Positions 39,678-48,774 of a DNA stretch of 64,000 nucleotides are shown here, piece by piece. Under the pieces are notes generated by a model. The model did no database searches and was not told the DNA's origin. It saw nothing but the letters and a program-made list of their open reading frames with translations. The translations under genes and the position numbers were made by a program. The stretch is from NCBI GenBank assembly GCA_964464475.1, contig CAYXGG010000004.1, forward strand, positions 4,940 to 68,939. Direction: 5' to 3'. Positions within the stretch are counted from its first letter, which is position 1. Each line of letters opens with the position of its first letter. This stretch comes from an uncultured Planctomycetales bacterium. Its GTDB lineage: Bacteria; Omnitrophota; Gorgyraeia; Zapsychrales; JAHFFX01.

Positions 39678-41795
39678 TTAGTACCACGCTAACGTCACAT
39701 CCAACCAAACCGCGTGGGCGTTATAATCCCCCGCTTCCGCTGAGGCATAACTGGTGTCATAGCTGGAATAAACGTAGTGCGGTTCCAACGTTACGCTTTT
39801 ATTAGGTTTAAGCGTGACCCCCATCTCAGCGTCATAACGGGTAAAGTCCGACCCCATGGGCAAACCAATCGTCGAAAAATCATCGAAATTGTTCGCCTGA
39901 GAATAAGTAAACGTCGAAAAGAAACTCATCTGTTCTCGAGGCGAATAGCTAACCGAAGCCATCCAGCTATCCACGTTAGAAGTAAACCCCGGCGTTTTCC
40001 CCGTACTGGCTTTTGCCGCGGGAGTGGTTGTTTTATCCAATTCTCGCGTATAAGCCACCGTCAACAACAACGGATCAAACGGCTGCATCGTAAAATCATA
40101 CGTCATAACATGTGCCAAGACTCGACTCAGCGTTTCCAACTCATTCTCCACTCGGGGATAGTACCGATTGTTCAAAAATTGATATCGCGCTGAAGTCTGC
40201 AGCCAAGAGAAAGGCTTCCAGCCGACTTTAGAACTGACTTCATCCGACTGCAAACGCAAAGCGTCAAAGAATGCCGATCTGGCGGTTGAACCACCAGGAT
40301 TAGTTTCTTTCCGATCATCGTAATCATTGTTCTCATCTTTGTGTTTATAGTGAGCATTAATATTTAGCCAGCCGACGGGAACATATCGTCCCCCGACAAC
40401 GCCAACATTTCTATAAACATGCGTCAGCGTATCGCGCCCAAAGATCTCTCCATCCTCAGGACTCGACTGACCCGCCAAACTGTTACGCGATTCATACAGC
40501 GTATTGCGCGCCTGTGATAAATCCACTTCTGAGTACAGACTTACCTTCGGAATGCCCGAATAACGCAACCCGAAATTCTCACCGAATTGATACACCCGGC
40601 TTTTCGTATCGCTGACCTCTACCGTATTATTGATCCCGTCCGGAGGATTAGTCGTCTCCGATGGATAAATGGAATTACCCCGCTTACTGATTAATTCAGC
40701 TTTCACTTTAGTAATGACATTCAAATCCGGCAAGGGCATCAACGTGTAATGCCCGTTCCAGGCGTGCTGATCCATTTCATTCTCTGCGGTCGCGTTAAAT
40801 TTATTCTTGGGATTAGAGTAGGAAACAGGGATCCCGGCCGCCGTAAATTCCTTTAAGAATTCCAATTCATCATTTCGCAACAAACTATACCGATACCCCA
40901 ACCCCAAAAAGGACTTATCTTCATTAAACCATCGCTCCCCGCGCAAGCTAGACGACATCAAGTCCGTTTTGGGTTCCTGATCTTGACGACGTATTTTGGT
41001 ATCCGCGGCCACCCCCGTCGTAGCAAGACTCCTCTCTTCCCGAAGCGACGTGGCTCTAAAAAATTCCCATTTCTGTTCACCGCTTAATTTAAAATTGGCC
41101 AACATCGTTCGTCCCTTCAAGGCTAAAGAATCCGACGTTTCATCAACGTCTTGCCAGGAGGGTCCAATGCTGCGGGTCGTGGCACCCTCTTTGACGGCGG
41201 TCCAAGCCAATCGCGATTTCTTGCCGTCTTTGACGTGCCGTTCGTATTGAAAACTTAATCCGGATTCTTGTTCGGGATCCGTACCGACTTCCACGTCGAG
41301 GAAACCCACATTCATTTCCAAGTCTGGGTCTAACTCATTAACTCTTAATGTCGTAAAAGAACGATAGACCCCGCCCGTCCCATCAAAGTACTTAGTAAAC
41401 GACTGATACTTGCCTTTTAAATAACCAAATTCTTCTCGAGCAATACCAAACTCGGCCTGCGCGTCATTTTCCTGGGGGAACACAGAACCAGAAAAATTAA
41501 AATGAGTTTCTTTATTAATGTCTTTGGTGTAATTAATATTCTTGAAGCCGTACACATACCCGTCTTTTCTCCAACTCAACGAACGGTATTTCTCGATATC
41601 ACCTTTAACGGCGGTAAAACGAGATTCCGGCGTCACGGTAAAAACCGCTGGCTCTTCAGCGACAGCTTCTTCGGCCTGCTTTTCATCCTGGCCTTGATTT
41701 ATTGTTTCGGTCATCGCTGAATCTGGGGCCGCCACGGCTCCCGGACTCCCCGAAAGCCCGACTAATAGCGCCAATAGAAAAATATACGGACTCAT
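39678..41795 (-). CDS. Outer-membrane beta-barrel protein of a porin-cytochrome complex (MtrB/PioB/MtoB-like)
   Basis: Signal peptide, 705 aa of amphipathic beta-strand pattern rich in Y/W/F/N/D, C-terminal aromatic ...LAWY. Lies between two multihaem cytochrome genes. Confidence 0.6.
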   Translation of the reverse strand: MSPYIFLLALLVGLSGSPGAVAAPDSAMTETINQGQDEKQAEEAVAEEPAVFTVTPESRFTAVKGDIEKYRSLSWRKDGYVYGFKNINYTKDINKETHFNFSGSVFPQENDAQAEFGIAREEFGYLKGKYQSFTKYFDGTGGVYRSFTTLRVNELDPDLEMNVGFLDVEVGTDPEQESGLSFQYERHVKDGKKSRLAWTAVKEGATTRSIGPSWQDVDETSDSLALKGRTMLANFKLSGEQKWEFFRATSLREERSLATTGVAADTKIRRQDQEPKTDLMSSSLRGERWFNEDKSFLGLGYRYSLLRNDELEFLKEFTAAGIPVSYSNPKNKFNATAENEMDQHAWNGHYTLMPLPDLNVITKVKAELISKRGNSIYPSETTNPPDGINNTVEVSDTKSRVYQFGENFGLRYSGIPKVSLYSEVDLSQARNTLYESRNSLAGQSSPEDGEIFGRDTLTHVYRNVGVVGGRYVPVGWLNINAHYKHKDENNDYDDRKETNPGGSTARSAFFDALRLQSDEVSSKVGWKPFSWLQTSARYQFLNNRYYPRVENELETLSRVLAHVMTYDFTMQPFDPLLLTVAYTRELDKTTTPAAKASTGKTPGFTSNVDSWMASVSYSPREQMSFFSTFTYSQANNFDDFSTIGLPMGSDFTRYDAEMGVTLKPNKSVTLEPHYVYSSYDTSYASAEAGDYNAHAVWLDVTLAWY

Positions 41796-41809
41796 AGTTC
41801 ACCTCCTCC

Positions 41810-42667
41810 TTAGTAACGCAAATGATCATCGAAATTAGAACCATGCACCGCCGTATGGCATCCGGCGCTAAAGCAGCTTCCCTGCGGCATGCGCGTCCCG
41901 TGATTGGAGCGGCCTATCGTCGGAAAAGCAACCTGGGTATGACACCGCAAACACAGATTATTATCCCGGGCGATCAGCATCTTTTGATTGACCGATCCAT
42001 GGACTTTATGGCAAGTCAAACAGCCTTCTCTCACGGCTTCATGCTCCCAGACAAAAGGCCCGCGCTGTTCCCCATGACATTTAAAACAAGTTTCATTAAC
42101 ATCATCCAAGTAAGCGGTCGTGCCGGGAATCGCATCCGGACCATGCGAATTGTGGCAATCCGCGCAAGCCATTTTGCCTTCCGTAACCGGATGATGAAAA
42201 GGCAGACGAAATTCCGCCCGTTTGTCCGTATGGCAGGAAAAGCAAAGCTCCGGATTCTTGCGCGGGCTCATAATGTTGTCCTTGCCCCCGCCATTCTCCA
42301 CATGAACGCTGCCCGGGCCATGGCACATTTCGCAACCTTGAGCCATTCCCTCAGGAATATCTCTCATGTCGATCCGTGAATGCGTTGATAAATTAAATTC
42401 GCGCTGAGCGTCCTCGTGGCACGTCGCGCAAGTTTCCGTCCCAACATAGGTTGCGCCTGGAGGGAATTTAATCGCGGAAAGCACTTCTTGTTTGGCCATG
42501 GCGGGAGTAACTAAAATGAAGCCAGCCAGAACCAAAAGGAATAAACCCCAATTTAGCTTCCTATTGACTAAAAAGACCCCCGAGAATCCATGCTTCTTCC
42601 CGTGGAATGCCGGAAGCCAAGAGCGCCTGCCCCCATCAATTAATTTATCTTGGATGTTCATAGGCAT
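41810..42667 (-). CDS. Periplasmic octahaem c-type cytochrome (MtoA/OmaB-like)
   Basis: Seven CxxCH plus one CxxxxCH (CFSAGCH) in about 230 mature residues; signal peptide/anchor. The true start may lie downstream of the track's Met. Confidence 0.75.
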   Translation of the reverse strand: MPMNIQDKLIDGGRRSWLPAFHGKKHGFSGVFLVNRKLNWGLFLLVLAGFILVTPAMAKQEVLSAIKFPPGATYVGTETCATCHEDAQREFNLSTHSRIDMRDIPEGMAQGCEMCHGPGSVHVENGGGKDNIMSPRKNPELCFSCHTDKRAEFRLPFHHPVTEGKMACADCHNSHGPDAIPGTTAYLDDVNETCFKCHGEQRGPFVWEHEAVREGCLTCHKVHGSVNQKMLIARDNNLCLRCHTQVAFPTIGRSNHGTRMPQGSCFSAGCHTAVHGSNFDDHLRY

Positions 42668-42682
42668 CTCCTTAATTTTTCT

Positions 42683-42955
42683 CTACTTACTTTTAGAATT
42701 CTCGACTGGACCAATCGTTTTATACGTTTCTTCCGTTGGTTCAGTCGCCGCCTCGACCGCCTTTTTGCCATAATCGTTCAAGTCATGCTGCCCTTGCTCT
42801 TTTTTAGGTTTGTCACTAACATGACAATCAATGCATTTGGGTTTCGCGGAAGGGAAAACTTTTTTGTAAATCTTGATTTGATCAACGTCCGCGGAAGCCA
42901 CCCCTCCTAACAAAAATACCGACGTTAGCATCATTAAGAATAATTTCATGATCAC
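42683..42955 (-). CDS. Small periplasmic monohaem cytochrome c (MtoD-like)
   Basis: Signal peptide and a single CIDCH; 90 aa. Confidence 0.6.
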   Translation of the reverse strand: MIMKLFLMMLTSVFLLGGVASADVDQIKIYKKVFPSAKPKCIDCHVSDKPKKEQGQHDLNDYGKKAVEAATEPTEETYKTIGPVENSKSK

Positions 42956-42966
42956 TCCTTTTTTGA

Positions 42967-44550
42967 TTATGTTAGCTTAAGCATTGATTTCTTAAATCCC
43001 CACCACAACAAAAAGACGGCTTCGACCGCCACAAATATTCCAACCCACGCCGTTCCACCCGCCCCGGCCCCATAACTATGTAACCCTCTCCCCAATAAAA
43101 AATTAACGCCATACCACGTCATCAAAACTAACTGAAATCCAATAATGGTTCCGATGGCCAACCCTTGATCCGTCAATTTTCCCGCGTAACGTAGATGCAA
43201 AAGAGCCATATAACCTAAGAAAGTAATGAGCGCCCACGTTTCCTTAGGGTCCCACCCCCAAAATCGCCCCCAAGACTCATTAGCCCACACGCCTCCCAAC
43301 ACGGTCCCAATGCCTAGCGTCAAACTTCCCAATTGTAAGAGGCGCAGCATGGCCTGCCCGGAGGCTTGTTCATCGGGCGAAGATAATCTTCCCAGCGAAT
43401 TTAAAATTATGTGGCGATGCCCCAGGGCCATGGCCAAACCAAAGACCCCATAGCTCGCCACGATCGTCAAAACATGCAACGTCAACCAATAATTACTGCG
43501 CAACACCGGCACCAGCACCCCTAAAGATTTCTCCACTGGTAATAAATCGCCATACAACAAAACCAAAGCCGCCGCCAAAGAGCCTGACGTCAAAACAAAA
43601 TAATTCTTTCCCTTCCCCCAGAATCCGGCAATACAAAGCACCAGAATCCAACTCATAAAAATAATGGATTCATACATGTTGGACACCGGTGGCCGCTCCA
43701 AAATCAAACTACGCAAAACCATGCCAACACTGTGATAAATAAATCCGGCTATCAGTAACCCACCCCCCAGCTTCTTTAACCCATCCTTACCGGCGTTCAT
43801 CATTAACAAAATAAAACTACACAAATAAATCATCCAACCCATTTGAAAAGGACGTAATAAATAATACTGTCCCTCCAGCCCAATCATCTGGCGCCACTTT
43901 TGTTGAGTGGTGACGTGCGTTGCCGTGTTCCAGGCCTGCAATGATTTCTCGTTAACGGATAAGCCTTGCGCCACTAAAGCCTTAAAAGTCATTCCGGATT
44001 CGTTCTGTATCACCCAAGGAGAGAGCCATTCCTCCGATGGTGCTGGCACCACCTTAAATAAATCACCGCCGCTTAACTGATCCACCAACAACAAGCGTCC
44101 ATAAACGGCTTCTGCTTTTTGCTCCAAAGCAGAAGGACGTTCGTCTTGATCCCTTTTCTTCTGGGATGAACCGACCAGATTAACTAACTCACCGACTTTA
44201 GGACGTAATTCTCGATAAGAAAAATATTTTTGTTCCCTATCCAGCAACAACGATTCCTTCAAAGGGCGATAGTCCAAAGCAATCATCTTCTCATCAAGAA
44301 AACTCTCCGGTTTAGACATACGCGCCCAAATAAAGCTCACCGCGCTTTGTCCTACAAAACGTTCCTTACCCGTGATTTCTCTAAGTGTTTCGCGAGCAAA
44401 CGATTCAAAAGATTTGACCCGACCGCCGTGAAGAATTGGAATCGCCCCGGCCGCCTTCTCAAAAGAGTCGCCGCGCAGCCAGGCAACGGATGCCAGCGCC
44501 AAGAAAAATCCGATGCCGACCATCAGCACGTTAAATCTTTGATTGTTCAT
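42967..44550 (-). CDS. ccsA: Cytochrome c biogenesis protein CcsA/ResC (System II haem lyase subunit)
   Basis: WGWDPKETWALITF (the WWD domain) and conserved His residues; polytopic. Confidence 0.85.
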   Translation of the reverse strand: MNNQRFNVLMVGIGFFLALASVAWLRGDSFEKAAGAIPILHGGRVKSFESFARETLREITGKERFVGQSAVSFIWARMSKPESFLDEKMIALDYRPLKESLLLDREQKYFSYRELRPKVGELVNLVGSSQKKRDQDERPSALEQKAEAVYGRLLLVDQLSGGDLFKVVPAPSEEWLSPWVIQNESGMTFKALVAQGLSVNEKSLQAWNTATHVTTQQKWRQMIGLEGQYYLLRPFQMGWMIYLCSFILLMMNAGKDGLKKLGGGLLIAGFIYHSVGMVLRSLILERPPVSNMYESIIFMSWILVLCIAGFWGKGKNYFVLTSGSLAAALVLLYGDLLPVEKSLGVLVPVLRSNYWLTLHVLTIVASYGVFGLAMALGHRHIILNSLGRLSSPDEQASGQAMLRLLQLGSLTLGIGTVLGGVWANESWGRFWGWDPKETWALITFLGYMALLHLRYAGKLTDQGLAIGTIIGFQLVLMTWYGVNFLLGRGLHSYGAGAGGTAWVGIFVAVEAVFLLWWGFKKSMLKLT

Positions 44551-46367
44551 AGCGACTCCTCGTCTTTACCGCTAGGCGTCTTTTTGGCGGACGCACTTAG
44601 TTTCTTACCGTAAAACTGAAAGAACGCTCCCAAGAAAATGAGCGTGGAACTGTTATAAATCAAACCAATCCCTGGATTCTTAGCCACCGTAAAAATGGAA
44701 CCTTCTCCTTCGTGAGGATCCTGAAAGAAAGAAGATTGAAAAATTTTGTAACCGCGGTAGGAGAGTGGCTGATTCATGCTTATAGTTTTTTCCATGACTA
44801 ATTTCTCGGCAGGATCTTCGAGCACAACCTTACTTTCATAAGAAGCCGCCTGCTGCGTTCCCGGATAATCAACTTTTTGAAAATCTTTTAGCGTTAACGT
44901 AAAGGGTAATTTAGACATGATCGGTACCAGGGCGAGTCTCCAATCACCGGTCCCGATGGCTAAATCCGTGTCTTTACCTTCTATAATCCAAGCTCGTTTT
45001 AGAGTTCCCTGGTCCAGCGCTGCAATTTCAACCGCCGTAGCCCCTTTTCCCGGATCCGGAGAAGGAATTATTTTTGTTTCCACTACCGCCCGATCATAGA
45101 TGGCTTCAATCTTAAATACGGCATCCATCCAGCCAGCGCTGATGGATTCATTAATGTTTACTTTCCCGCGCTTGCTATCTGCGCCTTTAATTCTCGACTG
45201 ATAATGGAGCGCTCCCGTTTCATCTCGCCAAAAGGCCAAATAACTGTTAAGACTAACGTCATCAACATTCGCGTTTTGGGCCGTAAATTCAATTTGCACG
45301 GCTAACTGCTCCACCTGACTGTCTTGATGCAACATTTCAAAATGGGGAAATAAAGCAAATTTCAGAACTGGCTGGGATTTTCCTTCAGGAGAAACCAAAT
45401 CAAATTTGACCGCTGGATTAGGCTCTCCGCTATCAACGAGATTAACCACACCTTCTTTGGCCACGCGCGCATGCGAGAGGTAAACAAGATTGCGGATCAC
45501 CCATCCCGAATTCCCTAGGGGAGCGGCAACAATATTTTCTTCGGTAAGCGGAAATTCGAACCAATCTGATTTCTCATCAAATTTAAACCGTAATTGAGTT
45601 TCCTCTGCGACTTCCTCGGGAGGAGCCTGGGGTAAAAGCATCAAATCCAAAGGACCCAAGGATTTATAAAAACCTTCCGGATTAAACGGATCATGTTCTA
45701 CCAACCAAATTGATTCCTGCATCTTGGCCTGAGCACTGGATACGGCAACCTTGACGGCTAAATTCACGTCGGCTTGCGAATCTCCCGGCTTCACTTCATA
45801 ATCTCTGGCGGCGTGATCCAAAATATTTGTCACTTTAAAATCTACCGTTGGATTCTTCTGAGCGTTCTTCGATTTTTTATTCTCTAAAGGACAAAAATTG
45901 GGATCAATCCGATGCCGCGGGGCCAACACGGCATGGGTTCCTTCCCTCACAGGAACCCATTGGTCTTCCATGCCGGGTGACGAGACTCGAATCTGCGCGC
46001 CTCCTAACATCAACACATTAGCTGATTGTTGTTCTCTTAACGTCAACTGGCCCTCCTGGCCATAGGTACGCGTGATTAACGATCCCAGCAGCAAACCTAA
46101 AATGCCAATATGAGTGACCACAAAAGCAGCGTGTTTTTTCTGAAAAGGTAAACGTAATACCGTCGCGCAAAATATATTGATCCAAAGCAACGCTAACAGA
46201 AAATCGAACCAACGCGTTTGGTAGACCGATTTCTGGACTAAGGCCGTTCCATAGCGCGACTCCAAAGTAGTCGACGTGATCAAAAGACCCATCAGGGCTA
46301 AACAAATGATCACGGCAAAATGGACCGAACCTAATTGACGAATAAGCTTCATGGACCAACGCACCAT
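44547..46367 (-). CDS. ccsB: Cytochrome c biogenesis protein CcsB/ResB
   Basis: ResB-type topology (N-terminal TM, large periplasmic domain, C-terminal TMs), overlapping and translationally coupled with ccsA. Confidence 0.8.
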   Translation of the reverse strand: MVRWSMKLIRQLGSVHFAVIICLALMGLLITSTTLESRYGTALVQKSVYQTRWFDFLLALLWINIFCATVLRLPFQKKHAAFVVTHIGILGLLLGSLITRTYGQEGQLTLREQQSANVLMLGGAQIRVSSPGMEDQWVPVREGTHAVLAPRHRIDPNFCPLENKKSKNAQKNPTVDFKVTNILDHAARDYEVKPGDSQADVNLAVKVAVSSAQAKMQESIWLVEHDPFNPEGFYKSLGPLDLMLLPQAPPEEVAEETQLRFKFDEKSDWFEFPLTEENIVAAPLGNSGWVIRNLVYLSHARVAKEGVVNLVDSGEPNPAVKFDLVSPEGKSQPVLKFALFPHFEMLHQDSQVEQLAVQIEFTAQNANVDDVSLNSYLAFWRDETGALHYQSRIKGADSKRGKVNINESISAGWMDAVFKIEAIYDRAVVETKIIPSPDPGKGATAVEIAALDQGTLKRAWIIEGKDTDLAIGTGDWRLALVPIMSKLPFTLTLKDFQKVDYPGTQQAASYESKVVLEDPAEKLVMEKTISMNQPLSYRGYKIFQSSFFQDPHEGEGSIFTVAKNPGIGLIYNSSTLIFLGAFFQFYGKKLSASAKKTPSGKDEESL

Positions 46368-46378
46368 GGATCAACCCT

Positions 46379-47425
46379 CTAAGTTGTTACCGTCATCTTT
46401 TCCAAAACGGATGACACTGAAGTCATTTTTTGACGAAATTGGATCATCTTTTGCTGAATGATCTCTTCTACCTGGCTTTTGGCCGCGAGTCGTAACGCCG
46501 CGTTATCTTCCAAGACTCTATCCAAATCATCGAGACTCAGGAGCTCAACCCCCTCAATATCGGCCACTTTGGGATGAATGTTGCGAGGCATCGAAATGTC
46601 AACCATGATTAACGGTCGGGATCTCCCTCTCATCACTTTGCGAACCAACTCGGTTTCAATTAAATAATGCGGGGCCCCCGCAGAACAAATACAAGCATCC
46701 ACGTCCCTCAACACTTCTAATATCTCCCAATAAGAAACCGCCTGACCCTGAATTTGCTGTGCTAATTCCTGAGCCTTTTCTTCATTTCGATTCATCACGT
46801 ACACCTTCGCCACTGATTTCAAATTCAACTGTTGAATAGCCAACGACGCCATTTTCCCCGCCCCTAAAATCAAAATTTTCTTGTCCTTTAGCGATTGCAA
46901 ACGTTGTTGAGCCGCCGTGACCGCAGCCCAACTCACCGAAGCGCCCCCCACGCTTATGTTTGTTTCCGCTTGAGCCTTCTTGCCCGCGCGAATCGCTAGG
47001 TTAGTTAAAATATTTAATTGGCGGCTCATCATCCCTTTTGAACGCGCCAACTCGACCGCGTCCTTAAATTGACCCAGGATCTGCTTTTCTCCCATGATCA
47101 AAGAATCTAACGAACACGCCACGCGAAATAAATGATCGACCGCCTCCTCATCCGTATAAAAATAAAAAGCCTCCTTCACCCATGGCTCAAAAAGTACTTT
47201 TTTTAAGGACAGCAAGTTCCCAAAAACACGCTCTTGGGCATTATCAACCGCATCGACATAAATCTCGGTTCGATTACATGTCGAAATCACAAAACATCCC
47301 GCAATCGCAGGGTCACACTTAAGCTCATTAATAAACAATTCTCGTTCTAAAGGACGCAAGAAAAACTTCTCCCTAAAATCAACACTCGATGTCTTATGGT
47401 TAATACCAAGCACCCTTAATCCCAT
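46379..47425 (-). CDS. hemA: Glutamyl-tRNA reductase HemA
   Basis: ISTCNRTEIY active-site Cys motif and an NADPH-binding GAG.MA Rossmann segment. Confidence 0.85.
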   Translation of the reverse strand: MGLRVLGINHKTSSVDFREKFFLRPLERELFINELKCDPAIAGCFVISTCNRTEIYVDAVDNAQERVFGNLLSLKKVLFEPWVKEAFYFYTDEEAVDHLFRVACSLDSLIMGEKQILGQFKDAVELARSKGMMSRQLNILTNLAIRAGKKAQAETNISVGGASVSWAAVTAAQQRLQSLKDKKILILGAGKMASLAIQQLNLKSVAKVYVMNRNEEKAQELAQQIQGQAVSYWEILEVLRDVDACICSAGAPHYLIETELVRKVMRGRSRPLIMVDISMPRNIHPKVADIEGVELLSLDDLDRVLEDNAALRLAAKSQVEEIIQQKMIQFRQKMTSVSSVLEKMTVTT

Positions 47426-47436
47426 TGGCGGGCCTC

Positions 47437-47976
47437 CTAATTGTTGACGGCTGGCGATTCCTTAACTTTTTGCCAAAGTTCCTGACGTTCAGCACTTTTT
47501 AATTGTTCACGGATAGTTCCCAGCACACTGTCTTTCTCAATCTGCAGATGATGACGCAATAAACAAAATACATAGGTTCCTTCGTCATGAATTTTCCGAA
47601 CGATTTTTTTGCGAGAATGACGCTTCGGCAATTCTTCAACCGACACGCACAAATCATTCAAATGTTTAATTTTATTTTCCAATTCGAAATGCTCGGCTTT
47701 CAAAAACTGCAGGAGCGGCACTAAGCTAGGAACGCGTTGACTGAGGTAGGGAAAAACAATTTTATCCTGAATGGCTATCAACTCGATCAACTCTTCAGCC
47801 AAACAGCGAGCAATGCTACCCGCGGATCGAATGTTCCTCTTCTCCAGAAACTTGCCCTCATAGTGCAAATTAGATAACGCGGAATACAACTCATCGGTCT
47901 TATGCAAAATATTAATTTGCCGTGAGTTTAATAAAGAAATTAAATTTTGATCATGAATAGGCATAATGTCCGCCAA
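47437..47976 (-). CDS. Hemerythrin-like (HHE cation-binding) domain protein
   Basis: Spaced H...E / H..xxE pairs (EHFELENKI, LRHHLQIEKD) in a helical 179-aa protein. Confidence 0.45.
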   Translation of the reverse strand: MADIMPIHDQNLISLLNSRQINILHKTDELYSALSNLHYEGKFLEKRNIRSAGSIARCLAEELIELIAIQDKIVFPYLSQRVPSLVPLLQFLKAEHFELENKIKHLNDLCVSVEELPKRHSRKKIVRKIHDEGTYVFCLLRHHLQIEKDSVLGTIREQLKSAERQELWQKVKESPAVNN

Positions 47977-48084
47977 GGTAATTCAATGGCGGCATTATAT
48001 TAGGGAACCTATTTTATGTCTGTGACGAGCGTCACAAAGGGAGAAAAAAGTTCATTATCAAAAATAAACGGGTGAAGGGTTCTT

Positions 48085-48774
48085 TTAAGAGGATAGTAAC
48101 CGCTCAGCAGCGAGGATTTGAATACGGCGAGATTTTGTTCGAATGATTTTCTTCTGGGCCAGGCGGCTTAAATGACGGCTCACGGTTTCCCTGGCCAGCC
48201 CTAGCCTTTGAGCTATTTCTTCGTGAGTCAAAATGACGTTAACCTCTCGAACGCCTTGCTCATCAAGGTGACCATCGGAAGCATCTAACAAAAACTTGGC
48301 GATGCGTTGGGCGGGATCATCCAAACTCACCGATTCAATGAGTGAACAAAATCGGCACAATCTCTTGGCCAGAATTTGATTTAACTTCTTGGCCAACAAA
48401 TGGTTGGATTCCAGCAATTGGGTATAAACAGAGCGTGGAACCGCCCACACTTTTAAGGGGGACATCGCTTGTCCTGAGGCTGAACAGCTCCATTTGGTGG
48501 CGCCGGGGTTGCAAGCACACGATTCCCCAGGTTCCAAAACTTCTAAAATCTGCTCTTTGCCTTGGGCCGAATGTCTGAATATTTTCATGCGACCAGTTTG
48601 AACAATAAAAATTTTCTCGCAGGGGTCGGTCTCTGTAAAAATAAGTTCTCCTTTAGCATAAACTTCTAATTTAACCTGCTTTTTAATTTTTGACAGTTCT
48701 TTGGCGGGAATCCCTTGAAACAAGGATAAATTCTCAAAACTCATCGCGAGCGTGTCCTTCGCTTGGAATTTCAT
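48085..48774 (-). CDS. Crp/Fnr-family transcriptional regulator
   Basis: cNMP-binding beta-roll followed by a C-terminal HTH (THEEIAQRLGLARETVSRHLSRL). Confidence 0.8.
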   Translation of the reverse strand: MKFQAKDTLAMSFENLSLFQGIPAKELSKIKKQVKLEVYAKGELIFTETDPCEKIFIVQTGRMKIFRHSAQGKEQILEVLEPGESCACNPGATKWSCSASGQAMSPLKVWAVPRSVYTQLLESNHLLAKKLNQILAKRLCRFCSLIESVSLDDPAQRIAKFLLDASDGHLDEQGVREVNVILTHEEIAQRLGLARETVSRHLSRLAQKKIIRTKSRRIQILAAERLLSS

